This document shows positions 32,601 to 43,416 of a stretch of DNA of 64,000 nt, in pieces. Each line of letters opens with the position of its first letter. The stretch's first letter is position 1. Both the position numbers and the translations under genes were made by a program. The DNA is taken from the IMG/VR virus record IMGVR_UViG_3300023440_000002, positions 44,382 to 108,381 of that record; one strand, given 5' to 3'. Below the pieces are notes generated by a model, which had not been told where the DNA came from, made no database searches, and saw only the letters and a program-made list of their open reading frames with translations. The DNA comes from a virus.

Positions 32601-34846
32601 CAAATAGATTTAACATTAATGGGCTAACCGGAACTGCATTCTTGCAAGATGGGGAGGTTGCATACATAAACCTTGAGAGAGGTGGATTAACAAGCAATGG
32701 CGACTCCTACGAAATGTCGGGAAGTTTCACTATTATCGGTGCTACCCCTCCTGTTGATGAAGCTGGATCACCTCTAGTTTCTGGAGATTTCGTAAGGTTT
32801 GAATCTGATTCTGAAGCTCGCTGGCTTAGAATTGCGGGCACTTATGGGGTTCCTGTACTAACCAACACCTTTATTTTAGAGTCCGACAACGGACAGCCAC
32901 CAACTCAAGATCAAAGACCCGCAGCTACCGGCAGGTTGATTTACGCTAAGACTACATATGACGAAGTTATTGTTAAACCTCACTGGGAAGTTACCCCTTC
33001 TCCAGATATTTACTGGTTAGCGGTAAGAAGAGATAATGGATCTGCTAAGTCTAAGATATACTTTAAAGGTTTGGAGTTGGAGCAAGGTGAAACTCGCGAA
33101 ATTAACGACAACGAATTGAGCAATCACTTAATCTATACTGGAGCTAAAACAGAAGCGGCAATTAACCCTAATTACACAGTAATCGACTCGACCGGTAACT
33201 ATGGACCTTCACAATCTCTAGTTGTAGGATCAAATATAGAAGATATTGATGTAAAAACAAAACAAATAACATTTAACGAAGGTCCAGAATTAGGTTTTGA
33301 AGCTGAAGATAAACTAACTTTCACTCATCCAGTTAGTTCACTTCCAATAACTTACATCATCAACTTTCTTATTAGTAGTAGAACTGTCGTAGTAAAAGAA
33401 GATATTTCTGATTTAACTTTAAGTCAAGATGTTCTTTTTATTAGAGATAATTATAAAATAGAAGATGCGGATAACCTAACTTTAGCTGTTAGAAAATCAG
33501 ATAGAGAATCCGCAAGAATCAACACGTCACTGGAAAGACCGGTTTATGATGAAAGTGTTTTTCCGGTACAAATAAACCTTTCCGGTGTAGGGGTTGTTAA
33601 ATCGGGTAGCTTTATTTATCAAGGACCTGAAGCTAACCCTACAGCGCTAGCTTGGGTTTTACACGGATCTGATGGAGTTACAGAAAAAATAGAATCATTC
33701 GACAAAAACATGCCGGGAGGTCACCCCTCTATAGGGTCAAATGCGATATTGGTTCATGTTTATTCAGGGCCATTCCTTGACACTACCTCGATATTCCAAA
33801 ATGGGAGCAACACTGGAAGATCGGTCGATAATGCCGGAAATCCAGACTTTGGCAGTCCTGAGTTGGCTGGAGGGAGCAATGGAATTGAATTGGTTTTACC
33901 TCCAAACAGAAGAACAAAAGTTGAAGGTACGGCTATAGTAACTTTCCCTTCTAATTCGATATATAAAGCTAGTGTTGAGGATGGGTTAGCTGGCGAAGAG
34001 TTGATGGTCATATCCAACGACTCAATACGAGAAGCTAACGTAGATTACGAAGAAACTTTCGGCGGACCTAAAGCTAAAATAAAAATATTAAGAACTATGC
34101 CCCCTAGCACTAAACTAAGGTTTAGAGTTATGGCTGCTTTCGGTAGCGCCCTAGCTAAACTTGCAGGAAACGTAACGCTCCAGTTAGCTTATGATGGCGG
34201 TAGGATTATTTCCACCATATCCGGAACTCCAGTTGATATTAGAGCGGGAGATGCAGTGACGGGAGGGTCAGCTCTTGTAACTAGAGGTTCTGTTGAAATC
34301 AACGGGCAAGGTTCCTCTTCGACAGATATAGTTGGTGGAATTTTCGGGCCAAGAACCCCAATCAATCAAGATCAAGCTTTTTTGATCGGAAGAGAGAATA
34401 ATAAACCAAAAGAATCATGGAAAGGAGAAGATTATGTTAAATCACATTCAGGTTACACTGGCTCAGCTTGGGTACGTAAAACTGGAGCAGGTACTTCTAC
34501 TGGCTCTAGTTCTTTCCCTTTGGTTAGTACCGGGTTAAGCACTGCCGTTAAAGTAGAGACAGGTAAATCAGCTAGAATAAAAATGAATGCTACAGCTAGA
34601 AGGACTGATGGAGACTTAGGAATAGCTTCTTTTGAGATAGAGGGGACATTCTATAATGACGGAACACTGAAAGCGGCCGGAAGCCCAACAACTACACATC
34701 TCGGAGGTGCAGGTGACGGAGACTTCTATGCTGTAAGTTTCGGGATTATAGGTGATGATGTTGTTTTAGTTGTTTTTGGAACTAACGGATCTACAATCCA
34801 GTGGGTTGTAGGTATGGATTATCAAATCCTGGAGGATAGCCTCTAA
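29693..34846 (+). CDS. large baseplate/tail fibre protein
   Basis: 1717 aa, Gly/Thr/Ser-rich beta repeats (T...HG...GD.I.I.G) in tail cluster. Confidence 0.7.
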   Translation: MSVKRRLTGYSGMRVDWPHIRSIESSISFDFDSVLRGMVTGLDSPYLVRGFEIQIPDAAVNANSLQIEVADTAVLHSTAGESGTIFTIPNGTPSDALNNSNSRVVGSFQSGVPNYVSVELVRVTDPDSADQTAGWSEAQKTEFQRTVPIGTMLDYRYIITTSGFSTNLPLYIIGVSSTGAVDYIQNSRTNLFRLGKGGTVPDPYSTFDFGGTGNAQSPTSPRREWINQNTTINPNPVVVTPGDDIAAFRYGDFSITSLKEWMDAIMTRIKEITGSSYWYTDSTLLGDSINTFDLWWDSVGSVMTGAGQISYNLIMEITSLSSGALQTSFTDSNVLPGDSYIEGAISGNKATLQAFNNNQLVINSLIREEFVYDEELRNRRIWRPNASIFEIDDDSDPNAGERYGVVKRVSTASLSGPFSISSWAFTGNIITINTASSHGYEVGDYALIENLEHTAIPAELNKLLPNGVHLVKQITSPTQFQFTAQFTPLGTPSTGGAPKTSKDSSDFHPFMPRFAVENWDVVGSEVFFTIPGHSFKAGDDIVISGTTAATNAPNGRFLGISVEPDLKIKVDVTGVEPTVPSITGNEICRADKYEFLLTVGGTQPDTYEVNNIVATAWSDAQLSYLIGPDTLPSQPTASGAIILDGVVASTTVANPVKVLRVDNDGSGNLLISTSAAHGLSTNAGPLTYTIYGDQSLSTYIRTYENMGINTINKSIVGIVKGGLKAKSTLSITNNTFDGGETVEINTVDFTETTNWAVGVDADATAVNIAAAINASVDISIAGIVTATPIGSTVEIEADLEGVSGNSIMSIVTNEGVTTNLQFSSTTLTGGYSFLEVTTTTPHGFFVGNEIEVTGNAEVAFNSTFTLDSILSATSFRLNFGGNGTQTSQLGGSVENNSQFQLVPIAPDGTLITPPPFSYVNPGNEDTYARFPDNPYPGPIQWNKDIFVKGIVGDRYFRVPQTALATGTALANRFNINGLTGTAFLQDGEVAYINLERGGLTSNGDSYEMSGSFTIIGATPPVDEAGSPLVSGDFVRFESDSEARWLRIAGTYGVPVLTNTFILESDNGQPPTQDQRPAATGRLIYAKTTYDEVIVKPHWEVTPSPDIYWLAVRRDNGSAKSKIYFKGLELEQGETREINDNELSNHLIYTGAKTEAAINPNYTVIDSTGNYGPSQSLVVGSNIEDIDVKTKQITFNEGPELGFEAEDKLTFTHPVSSLPITYIINFLISSRTVVVKEDISDLTLSQDVLFIRDNYKIEDADNLTLAVRKSDRESARINTSLERPVYDESVFPVQINLSGVGVVKSGSFIYQGPEANPTALAWVLHGSDGVTEKIESFDKNMPGGHPSIGSNAILVHVYSGPFLDTTSIFQNGSNTGRSVDNAGNPDFGSPELAGGSNGIELVLPPNRRTKVEGTAIVTFPSNSIYKASVEDGLAGEELMVISNDSIREANVDYEETFGGPKAKIKILRTMPPSTKLRFRVMAAFGSALAKLAGNVTLQLAYDGGRIISTISGTPVDIRAGDAVTGGSALVTRGSVEINGQGSSSTDIVGGIFGPRTPINQDQAFLIGRENNKPKESWKGEDYVKSHSGYTGSAWVRKTGAGTSTGSSSFPLVSTGLSTAVKVETGKSARIKMNATARRTDGDLGIASFEIEGTFYNDGTLKAAGSPTTTHLGGAGDGDFYAVSFGIIGDDVVLVVFGTNGSTIQWVVGMDYQILEDSL

Positions 34847-35532
34847 TGGCAATAGCTAAAGTATCTGGTTTAAAAATTGGACCAGATAACATTAACAGTA
34901 AAAATTTAGAATGCGAAGTGTTCTCTTTTGATCGGAAACCTAAAGATGGCACCCCGGCAACGTTAGAGTGGGCTTCTGGTACCACGTACAATACAGGTGA
35001 TGCGGTATTATTTGAAGAGATTAGTTACAATTCACTTACGAATTCAAATAACGGTAATCAACCTGACACTTCACCTTTAAATTGGGTTGTTGTTGACGGG
35101 AAGGATGGCGATTTATGGATTCAGGTTCCTGCCGGTGGATTTCCGGCTGGAGGTGGAGATACCGAAATTTACATCAAAAACTTCACTGTTTGGCGACCTT
35201 TAAGTGGATCTAACCCAAAAACTATAAGTTTGGTTGACGGACAAACCACCGAAGCTACAGCTTTTGAATTCCCTTCCGGTTTTTTACCGTATGCGACTAT
35301 AGAATACACTGTACGCAGGGGTAGTGGACACGGAAGAAAAAGAAAAGGTGTGTTTAATATTCTTAACGCAAACGCAGACCCTGAATTTACTCACGAACTA
35401 TTAGAAATAGGGTCTGATATTAACGTACCTTTTAGTGTTGACTATTCAGGTGGAAAAATAAGATTAAGGTATACTTCCGTACTTGAAAGTTCGGCAATAG
35501 AGTTAAGGTTCCTACTTAAAGGGTGGCAATAA
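34846..35532 (+). CDS. tail-associated protein
   Basis: W.SGTTY.TGD.V carbohydrate-binding-like segment; C-domain shared with 37825 and 39992. Confidence 0.55.
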   Translation: MAIAKVSGLKIGPDNINSKNLECEVFSFDRKPKDGTPATLEWASGTTYNTGDAVLFEEISYNSLTNSNNGNQPDTSPLNWVVVDGKDGDLWIQVPAGGFPAGGGDTEIYIKNFTVWRPLSGSNPKTISLVDGQTTEATAFEFPSGFLPYATIEYTVRRGSGHGRKRKGVFNILNANADPEFTHELLEIGSDINVPFSVDYSGGKIRLRYTSVLESSAIELRFLLKGWQ

Positions 35533-36770
35533 TGGCACATGACGACACAATAGAAAAAAAGCAAGGTGCTATCAAGGTCAGTGAAACCTACACTGACGAG
35601 CAACTAAAAATAATACAAAACGCCGTCGGCGAATCTGGTATAAAAACCTTAAGATTGATCATGAATCCGATCAGTGATGCTATTCGGATGAACAACTTTA
35701 TCCTACATAGTAGCGGGCAGATTAACTGGACTGGTACCGAAATACAATTCGACAGTGACAGTAAAGGTAATAATATTACACTTAGACTTTTAATGCTAGA
35801 TGATGAAGCTAACGCAAAAACTGTCGATCTGATACTGGAAGGCACTACAGGGGCAAACTCTGCACTTCTCTTTAATTCTATTTCGTTAAATAACCAAGAA
35901 TTGCTTTATATAGAACTTGATCGTCAAAAAATACTAGATGCCGTAAGTGTATCTCCTGGAACGGAACCAGCTAAGATTGTTATTGAAAATGGCGTAAGTG
36001 GAGGAGCTATCACCCCAGGTTCTATCCTGAAAAAGGTTAGTTTATCTGACACTTCCGGTATGCCTTCTATGTTAGCCACTGAAACCACATCCGAGACGGT
36101 AAATATACCACTAGTTTCCCGGTTTGATTGGAGTGATGGGATAACGCCAACAGATTTTCAGGATATTTGGTGGATACCTCACGGAATTAGATGGCCTACA
36201 GGAACAAGAAGTGTTCTGGGTGCCGTTGTAGTTAAGGGGCTAGAAACCTACCCTACAACGTTCGTTAGGAAGCAAGTCGAATTACAGAACGCACTTTTAG
36301 ATATTAATGTAGCTGCGGAGGGTGGTATTATATTAGTCAGCGAAAATATCGATATAGACTCAGTAATAACAATCCCTTCTGGCGTTACTTTGCTTTCTAG
36401 GGGTTCACCTCAAGACGGGACAGTTCCCGCAATTTCCAGTTTAAGGTTAGGTGTAGGGGGTAAGATAATCCTCGAAACAAGATCTAAGCTTTTCAATATT
36501 AATATTGAAGCTACATCCGTTTTCGGAGATGCATTAGAAGAAGATCTTGTTTTGGTTAGCGGCGATAACGTAGAAATAAGAGATTGCGCCTTCAAGTTGG
36601 ATGTTTCATCTGGAGCGACTAAGGCGAATTGCGTGAAAATAACAGGAAGCAATAATAGAATATGGAACTCTAAATTTAGAATTCAAAACATAGCCAACCA
36701 TGTAGGTATTAGTTATTTCGCAGGGGCAAATAACGTAGATACTGATTCAATTTTTGATTATACGGTGTAA
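35532..36770 (+). CDS. tail fibre/spike protein with C-terminal beta-helix-like region
   Basis: LQNAL...GGIILV...I.IPSGVTL then Asn/Cys-ladder repeats. Confidence 0.55.
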   Translation: MAHDDTIEKKQGAIKVSETYTDEQLKIIQNAVGESGIKTLRLIMNPISDAIRMNNFILHSSGQINWTGTEIQFDSDSKGNNITLRLLMLDDEANAKTVDLILEGTTGANSALLFNSISLNNQELLYIELDRQKILDAVSVSPGTEPAKIVIENGVSGGAITPGSILKKVSLSDTSGMPSMLATETTSETVNIPLVSRFDWSDGITPTDFQDIWWIPHGIRWPTGTRSVLGAVVVKGLETYPTTFVRKQVELQNALLDINVAAEGGIILVSENIDIDSVITIPSGVTLLSRGSPQDGTVPAISSLRLGVGGKIILETRSKLFNINIEATSVFGDALEEDLVLVSGDNVEIRDCAFKLDVSSGATKANCVKITGSNNRIWNSKFRIQNIANHVGISYFAGANNVDTDSIFDYTV

Positions 36771-36774
36771 TTAA

Positions 36775-37587
36775 ATGGTAGATATAGCACAAAACACAAC
36801 AGACCTTTTAACAGGTAGCGTAGCTCAAGAAAAGCTTGTGCCTTTAATGAATGGTGCCGGAATTATACCGGTAGGTGGTATAATTTCTATTATGCCGCAC
36901 TTAGCCGGCACATCTAATATCACAGCGACCACGATAGCTGGACTAGATGGATGGGTTAGATGTAACGGGCAGACCATATCTGACCCTCAAAGCCCAATGA
37001 ACGGAACAGTTGTCCCTAATATTAACAACAGCGTATTTTTGGAAGGACACACCACTTCCGGATCGACTGGCGGGTCTAATTCGAAAACTCTTGCTGTTTC
37101 TGAGATACCAACACATAAACACGGAATGCTACACAGTCACAATATCAACCATGGACACGGATTAACTATAACATCTAACGCCATCGATAGTTCGCACGCT
37201 CATGTCGTAAATTCACACTCACATGATAGCGGATCTTACGGCGCAAGGATAGGTCAGCACGTCAACTCTATTACCACCCAAATAGCTCTTCAACATAAAC
37301 CTATGCCTAATTGGACTTCAAACGTAATAGGTAACGTAATCCTTAATTACAGTTCGGCAGCAATCGCAACTCAATCTTGGGGTGTGGATGTTGCCGGGTT
37401 TTCCGGTACCAGCGCTCCTACTACTGGGTTCGCAGGTAACTCACCAGCAACAATAACAGGCTCCGTAACGGATATGTCGGGTTTATCAGGCAATTCCCCA
37501 TCAAACACATCAAACGAAGGTTCTTCAACTGCTTTTAATATGAGACCTAACTACATTACAACAGTTTACCTTATAAGGATTAAGTAA
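36775..37587 (+). CDS. short tail fibre with collar domain
   Basis: PVGGII...GWVRCNGQ...PN, HxH repeats, C-terminal N.RP.Y..V.YLIRIK. Confidence 0.8.
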   Translation: MVDIAQNTTDLLTGSVAQEKLVPLMNGAGIIPVGGIISIMPHLAGTSNITATTIAGLDGWVRCNGQTISDPQSPMNGTVVPNINNSVFLEGHTTSGSTGGSNSKTLAVSEIPTHKHGMLHSHNINHGHGLTITSNAIDSSHAHVVNSHSHDSGSYGARIGQHVNSITTQIALQHKPMPNWTSNVIGNVILNYSSAAIATQSWGVDVAGFSGTSAPTTGFAGNSPATITGSVTDMSGLSGNSPSNTSNEGSSTAFNMRPNYITTVYLIRIK

Positions 37588-37823
37588 TGGAATATAAATT
37601 CAAATACAGAAGAAAGTGGTTTTGGAGGTCTATTAAGATTGCTGGTCACTCTTATCAAGAAAACCAAGACAAGATGGTTTTATACAAAAAAGACGGATCT
37701 ATAGAAGAGATTCACCACTGGAAAGATTGCAGCGCCAAGCTGGGCACCGACTGGGTTTTGTTTACTAAAACACAAATGGAAAAACAATCAGGTCAACAAA
37801 TAAATATAAACCAAGAAGGTTAA
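37587..37823 (+). CDS. hypothetical protein (paralog of 45841..46059)
   Basis: YKFKYRRKWFW...GH...DKM.L. Confidence 0.65.
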   Translation: MEYKFKYRRKWFWRSIKIAGHSYQENQDKMVLYKKDGSIEEIHHWKDCSAKLGTDWVLFTKTQMEKQSGQQININQEG

Positions 37824-37824
37824 A

Positions 37825-39960
37825 ATGAGTATTGGATTTAAACAATTTGAAGCTGGATTGCGAATAAAACCTCATTCGTCATTTACTAGTGATCCTATCA
37901 CCGGCAAAGTCGGGCAAATATACTGGAACGTAACTCGCAGTGTGCTCCGGATTTGTATTTCTGCGACACCGGAATGGCAAGATCTTTTTATTCATAACCA
38001 TACAATTGACGACGCAACCTTAAGGTGGGATTCGACAGCAGATAGATGGATTCAAAATGATGACCTGAGGATCAACTCAAGTTCAATCTACACCCCCGAC
38101 GGAACAACAGCGTTAGGATTAAACTTAACAACCGGAGACACATCAACAGTTTCAGTTGACGGAGCGGACATCACATTAACTCCAGGTTCAGGTGGAGCCG
38201 GAGCAAACCAAGGTCGATTAATATTAGACCTGGCTGAAATTACAGCACTACCTGTAGCTGGCGGTAAGGCGTTAAGCTTTTCGACTCCAGATAATACAAC
38301 CGCAGGTCAGTTTGGTAGCGACTTTACTTTTTCTACGGGATCTGGACCTCTAGGTCTTGGGTCATCCACCTGGAACGCAGAAAACGAAACCCATAATGTA
38401 ACCCAATCATTTAATTTATCATCAACATCTGCCTTTATAGAAGGCACAACCAGAATAAACCTTTCATCTCAGCGTATTGGAATTAAAGCTCAATCTTTAA
38501 CTGATCCATTAACTGCGGAAGAGGGCGATATTTATTACAATTTAGAATTCAAAAGATTAAAAAAATATATAGGGTCGAGGTGGGAGTTTTGGGATGTCAA
38601 CGACAAACACCAAAATATCAATCTTATCACCTACAAAGACGACATCTCTACCATTTACCCTGCAACAGACGCCACCTTAATTGAAGGTCAAACTATAGTT
38701 GACGGCGATTATGTTATTTTCACTAATTTAACTGTCGCTCCTAATAAAATGTACAAAGCTAACGTTGACGGATCAGGCAACATTATATGGACCGATCTTG
38801 TCTTTAGTACTGACGCTACAGGGAACCCAACAAAAGGTCAAGTAGCTTTTATTACGTCCGGAAATACCAACACTGACTATTTGTTTATATGGGATGGAAC
38901 CCAATGGTTAAATCATGGTTTATTTCGAGGCGAAACTGACGATATTCTTCGTTGGGGTGGCACTCAATGGGAACCTAACGAATTTATACACTCAGACGGA
39001 CAAAAATTCTACCTAAAAGATAATGCAATAGCTGATACAGTAAAAGCGGAAGACTTCACATTAAGAGCTAGCAATAAAACTGCCGGAACCGGAGATGGTG
39101 GAGATTTAATTGTTCGGCCAGGAACTTCTCTAGGTGGCATCCAAGGACGAACAATACTAGAAGGAGATAGGGTTAAGTTTGCGGCACAAAGCGCCGGAAA
39201 CCCTGCCGCAGAGGAAGAATCCGACGTTTATTACGACACCGTAGATAAAAACCTCAAGCTTAGAAATGATGGTGCATGGAACAGACTGGAAAGTTCTCGA
39301 GTTATCAACGAAAACCAAATAACTACTGTTACAGGTGGCGGGACTATCACATGGGACTCAACATCAAGTTCTTTAGCGTGGGCTAGCGAGATCTCAGTAA
39401 ATATCGCCGGAGTCGATATAACAAAAAACAAAATAGCTGCATCTAACTTACTATTAAGTAGCGATGGAGATGCCGCCTATGCAATAATAGATCGCACAGG
39501 GGCAACCACCATAATTACAGCTACAGTACAATCAATGTCAACAATCGCAACCCAAAATAACGTAAGTGAAAACAAGGTAATGTTAGCTTTCCGCGACAAA
39601 GGTGAAATCTATTGGGGTTCTGGAAATGACATTAAATCAACCGTAAATGGCGGAATATTTACAAAGAAAACAATCACTAATAATACCTCCGGAATTGTTT
39701 TTGCGGTAGATGCATCGGAAAATGACGCAATTATCGTTAAATATTCCATAAAAAGAGGTACAAATATCGAAGTTGGGCAGTTTTTTATCACAAATGACGG
39801 AACTAACGCCGGAATCAGTAATCAAAGTAACGCTTTGTCGCCTACAGGTATCGTTTTTGATGCAAATATTAACACAACGGACATAGAATTAACCTATATG
39901 GCCGATAATTCGGGATTAGGCGCAGAAATTAGGTATTCTTTGTCTAAATGGACAGCATAA
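37825..39960 (+). CDS. tail fibre protein
   Basis: repeated P...EG.IYY...W modules; Gly-rich beta segments. Confidence 0.7.
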   Translation: MSIGFKQFEAGLRIKPHSSFTSDPITGKVGQIYWNVTRSVLRICISATPEWQDLFIHNHTIDDATLRWDSTADRWIQNDDLRINSSSIYTPDGTTALGLNLTTGDTSTVSVDGADITLTPGSGGAGANQGRLILDLAEITALPVAGGKALSFSTPDNTTAGQFGSDFTFSTGSGPLGLGSSTWNAENETHNVTQSFNLSSTSAFIEGTTRINLSSQRIGIKAQSLTDPLTAEEGDIYYNLEFKRLKKYIGSRWEFWDVNDKHQNINLITYKDDISTIYPATDATLIEGQTIVDGDYVIFTNLTVAPNKMYKANVDGSGNIIWTDLVFSTDATGNPTKGQVAFITSGNTNTDYLFIWDGTQWLNHGLFRGETDDILRWGGTQWEPNEFIHSDGQKFYLKDNAIADTVKAEDFTLRASNKTAGTGDGGDLIVRPGTSLGGIQGRTILEGDRVKFAAQSAGNPAAEEESDVYYDTVDKNLKLRNDGAWNRLESSRVINENQITTVTGGGTITWDSTSSSLAWASEISVNIAGVDITKNKIAASNLLLSSDGDAAYAIIDRTGATTIITATVQSMSTIATQNNVSENKVMLAFRDKGEIYWGSGNDIKSTVNGGIFTKKTITNNTSGIVFAVDASENDAIIVKYSIKRGTNIEVGQFFITNDGTNAGISNQSNALSPTGIVFDANINTTDIELTYMADNSGLGAEIRYSLSKWTA

Positions 39961-39991
39961 TTAACCTTAGTGGATCATGGGAAACTAGGAA

Positions 39992-40813
39992 ATGTCAAAA
40001 AAGTTTTTAACAATACGTAACGGGATTTTACTCACCCCGCAGTCGCCACCTCCAAGTGACCCATCGGAAGGGGATTTCTATTTTGATTCCTCTTTAGGTC
40101 TCCAGATATATCAAAATGGAGCATGGCAAACACCTTCAGGGGCAATAAGTAACAGCGACAGGAACAGTGCTCTGTTAGGCGGCGGAACAATCAAATGGAA
40201 GGAATCTACTACAACTTTAAGTTGGTCTAAAGATGCCTTTTTGCAAGTGCCGGGAACTGCCTCTGCTAGAAACAAAATAACTACAGGGTCTCTTTCCCTT
40301 CCGAATGATGGAGATGTGGCTTACGTTGACGTCAACAGGGAATCTGGAGCTGCCGCAACACTAACACCTGTCGTTATTAATATTTCAGCTTTAGGTATCG
40401 ACAACCCTACCAATGAAAGCCGTTTCGTTATTGCTAGAAATAGCGGCGGCGAAATATATTGGGGATTACAGGACGGACAAAGAATATCTACCGACGGTGG
40501 AGTTTTAATAGAAAAAACACTAACCGACAATACGACGGCCGGATTCGTCTTAGATGAAAACGCCGCAGACAATGACACATTAATTATCAAATACTCACTA
40601 AAAAGAGGTTCCGCTGTAGAGGTTGGACATCTTTACGTTACCAATAATGGAACCATTGCGGGATTAAGCGGATCTAGCAATGAATTGTCCACTGTGGGGG
40701 TTACATTTCAAGCTGTAATTAACGGAATTAACGTAGAATTACAGTACGATACAACAAATACAGGCACCGACGTAGAAATGCGATATATCGTAGAAAAGTG
40801 GGACGCTTCATAA
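39992..40813 (+). CDS. tail fibre protein, paralog of C-terminal part of 37825..39960
   Basis: GGGTI.W....L.W, IIKYSLKRG..EVG...TN.GT.AG. Confidence 0.7.
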   Translation: MSKKFLTIRNGILLTPQSPPPSDPSEGDFYFDSSLGLQIYQNGAWQTPSGAISNSDRNSALLGGGTIKWKESTTTLSWSKDAFLQVPGTASARNKITTGSLSLPNDGDVAYVDVNRESGAAATLTPVVINISALGIDNPTNESRFVIARNSGGEIYWGLQDGQRISTDGGVLIEKTLTDNTTAGFVLDENAADNDTLIIKYSLKRGSAVEVGHLYVTNNGTIAGLSGSSNELSTVGVTFQAVINGINVELQYDTTNTGTDVEMRYIVEKWDAS

Positions 40814-40857
40814 CCTAATATTATTACTAATAACCTTGATGGATTGGGAAATCAAGA

Positions 40858-42771
40858 ATGTCAAATCAGCATCTAAAAGTTCGAAAAGGTCTAAATCTAA
40901 CACCTCAAAGCGTGGAACCTACAAACCCTGTAGAAGGGGCTATGTATTTTGACGTCGTTGTTGGTTTACGATTAAGAAAAAATGGCGTATGGCAAACAGC
41001 CGGAGGTCAAGGTGAAGTAAAGGTCGCTTTAGTTGATAGGTCGGCAACATCACTCCCTTTGATTGCCGGGGGCATCATAGACGGCGAAGTTATCTTAGAT
41101 GGAGATAAAGTACTTTTCTCCAACTTAAGTATTGATAATAATAGAGTTTATAGAGCTTCTATTTCTGGCGGGGCAATATCATGGTCTGCTCAACCTGATT
41201 TTGCCGGCCAGTTCGACCCAGCTCAAGCTGATGTTGTTCGAGTTATCAAAGGTACGGTTTACTGTAAATCTCAGTTTATATTCCAAGGGTCAGTTTGGCT
41301 TTGGGGTATGATCAATATCGATCAGAAAGAGTTAGGATCTGCGGCTGAAAGTTGGTCATCTGCACATATCGACTCACTTATAGGTAAGACGGTAGCAATC
41401 ACCACCGACTCCACAAATGGCGATGCAGTTATTTCCGGAACAGAAAGTTTAATTATTAGTGCTTCCGGAGGTTTAAATGTAAACAGCGGAGTTACTCAAA
41501 CAAAATCTGTTTTTCAATTAACTCAAGTAACTGATATATCACAGCTGTTTTCTGACGCCAACTTAGGTGGAGATATAGGTCAATCTTTTACTCCTACCCA
41601 AAACGGCAAACTTAAAGAAGTCAAACTTGATTTAGGTATTTCCGGAACAGGCAGTGTTGTTGTTGATATTTACGCTGATGGTTCAGGGGTACCTACAGGT
41701 CCGATTTTACAGACTAGTGCACCAATAGCAGCACCCGTATCTCAAGGGTCATTAACTTCGTTTATTTTCGATGGAACCTTTGATTTAGTTGCAGCGACTA
41801 AATATCATTTTGTTATTAATTTGGTATCACTCTCAGGTAGCGTTTCCGTTAAAGGATCTTTAGGTGGAAACGTTTACACTGGGGGTACTTTCATATTCTC
41901 TACTGATGGAGGGGTGACGTGGAATAATAACGCATTCAGGGATTTACTTTTTGAAGTTGATCTACTTGCTAATTCATCAACCGCAAACCCTAACATTAAA
42001 CTAAATGCCGCAACTTCAGGTAGTGTTGGTTTAGGTACCCCTGCGACGGTTACTGATTATAATTTATTATTACCTGACGCTCAGGGAACCTTAGGGCAAT
42101 TCATGAGTAATGATGGCCTAGGAGGGTTGTCTTGGTCAGATCCAGTAATAGGGTTCAGTTCATGGACCGTGATCAACTCAAACATCACAGCTTCAGTGTT
42201 TAATGACCTAGGGGTAGAAACAAACCTTAATACTGTTGATATTACATTACCAGCAACGCCAATTAATGGAGCTAAAATAAGAGTTATAGATCGATTAGGA
42301 ACATTCTCTACCAACTCTTGCTTTATCAAAACAACCGACGGATCAACAATATCAAACCAAGCTCAACCTTTAGAGATTGATGTTTCGTATATTTGGGCTG
42401 AGTTTCTTTATGATTCGGCGGCCAACAACTGGGTTATTTATGGGCCTTTAGCGGATGACTCTCTCAGTCATTGGGGAACCAAAACCAAAACAAGCGCCAA
42501 TAATGGCGACGTAATATTAGAAAGAGATCAGGCTTTAATTGATTCAACTGGCGGAGTTTTCGGGTTAGTTCTACCACCTATAACTAAAGACGGCATGTCT
42601 GTAAGATTCTTAGATGCCGCGTCGAATAATGATATCAATAATGTAACCATCACACCAGACGGAGCAAATACAATAAATGGAGCAGCTACTTTAGTGCTGA
42701 ACATCAAAAATGGACACGTAGAGTTAGTGTCCTCTGGAACAAACTGGATTGTTCTTGGTTTATATTCATAG
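40858..42771 (+). CDS. tail fibre protein
   Basis: shared N-terminal module; GQSF...V.L beta-sandwich; two ITLP..P..G..I.V.D repeats. Confidence 0.7.
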   Translation: MSNQHLKVRKGLNLTPQSVEPTNPVEGAMYFDVVVGLRLRKNGVWQTAGGQGEVKVALVDRSATSLPLIAGGIIDGEVILDGDKVLFSNLSIDNNRVYRASISGGAISWSAQPDFAGQFDPAQADVVRVIKGTVYCKSQFIFQGSVWLWGMINIDQKELGSAAESWSSAHIDSLIGKTVAITTDSTNGDAVISGTESLIISASGGLNVNSGVTQTKSVFQLTQVTDISQLFSDANLGGDIGQSFTPTQNGKLKEVKLDLGISGTGSVVVDIYADGSGVPTGPILQTSAPIAAPVSQGSLTSFIFDGTFDLVAATKYHFVINLVSLSGSVSVKGSLGGNVYTGGTFIFSTDGGVTWNNNAFRDLLFEVDLLANSSTANPNIKLNAATSGSVGLGTPATVTDYNLLLPDAQGTLGQFMSNDGLGGLSWSDPVIGFSSWTVINSNITASVFNDLGVETNLNTVDITLPATPINGAKIRVIDRLGTFSTNSCFIKTTDGSTISNQAQPLEIDVSYIWAEFLYDSAANNWVIYGPLADDSLSHWGTKTKTSANNGDVILERDQALIDSTGGVFGLVLPPITKDGMSVRFLDAASNNDINNVTITPDGANTINGAATLVLNIKNGHVELVSSGTNWIVLGLYS

Positions 42772-42780
42772 TAGGAACTA

Positions 42781-43404
42781 ATGGCAAAATTAAGTGAAGT
42801 TTACAATTCGTTTTTACCTGTAGGCGCTGTACAGCACTCTATCCTTACGCTTGCTCAGTTTCAGGCAGTTATGGGAACTGATTGGGTGCTAATGAATGGT
42901 GCTAGCATTGTAGGATCTAAACTTGCCGGAATTACGGGGGATACAAATCTACCCGACGCAACAGGACGTTTCCTTAGGAATGCTGGAGGTTCTGCGGCAG
43001 CGCTTAAGGCGGCACAAGGACAAGGGACGGCTAAAAACGGTTTAAGTAATGCGGCATCCTCTGTTAGTGGATCAACCAGTATTAACCACAGCCATGGAAC
43101 AATTCCGTCGAACACTGTTTCTGCTAATCATACCCACTCAGGAGATCGTATTCCTTTTGGTCATACTTCCGTCCCATCCAACTCTAGACTCGGTAGCAGT
43201 ACGAACAACCAAGGTACTTTTGGCACAGGTCAATCAACTGGCACTATTTCAGCTAATCATACCCATACAGTTCCAATTCCACCATACAGTACAGGAAATA
43301 GAGCTTTAGTTTCAGGTAATGCCGCAGCACAAGCAATATCATCAACCGACGGCGAAACAAGACCGGTAAATATAACAATCAATATTTTTATAAAAATAAA
43401 TTAA
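42781..43404 (+). CDS. short tail fibre/collar protein
   Basis: PVG, WVLMNG, LPDATGRFLR, HTH repeats, ETRPVNI...IKIN. Confidence 0.8.
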   Translation: MAKLSEVYNSFLPVGAVQHSILTLAQFQAVMGTDWVLMNGASIVGSKLAGITGDTNLPDATGRFLRNAGGSAAALKAAQGQGTAKNGLSNAASSVSGSTSINHSHGTIPSNTVSANHTHSGDRIPFGHTSVPSNSRLGSSTNNQGTFGTGQSTGTISANHTHTVPIPPYSTGNRALVSGNAAAQAISSTDGETRPVNITINIFIKIN

Positions 43405-43416
43405 AAAGGAACAATC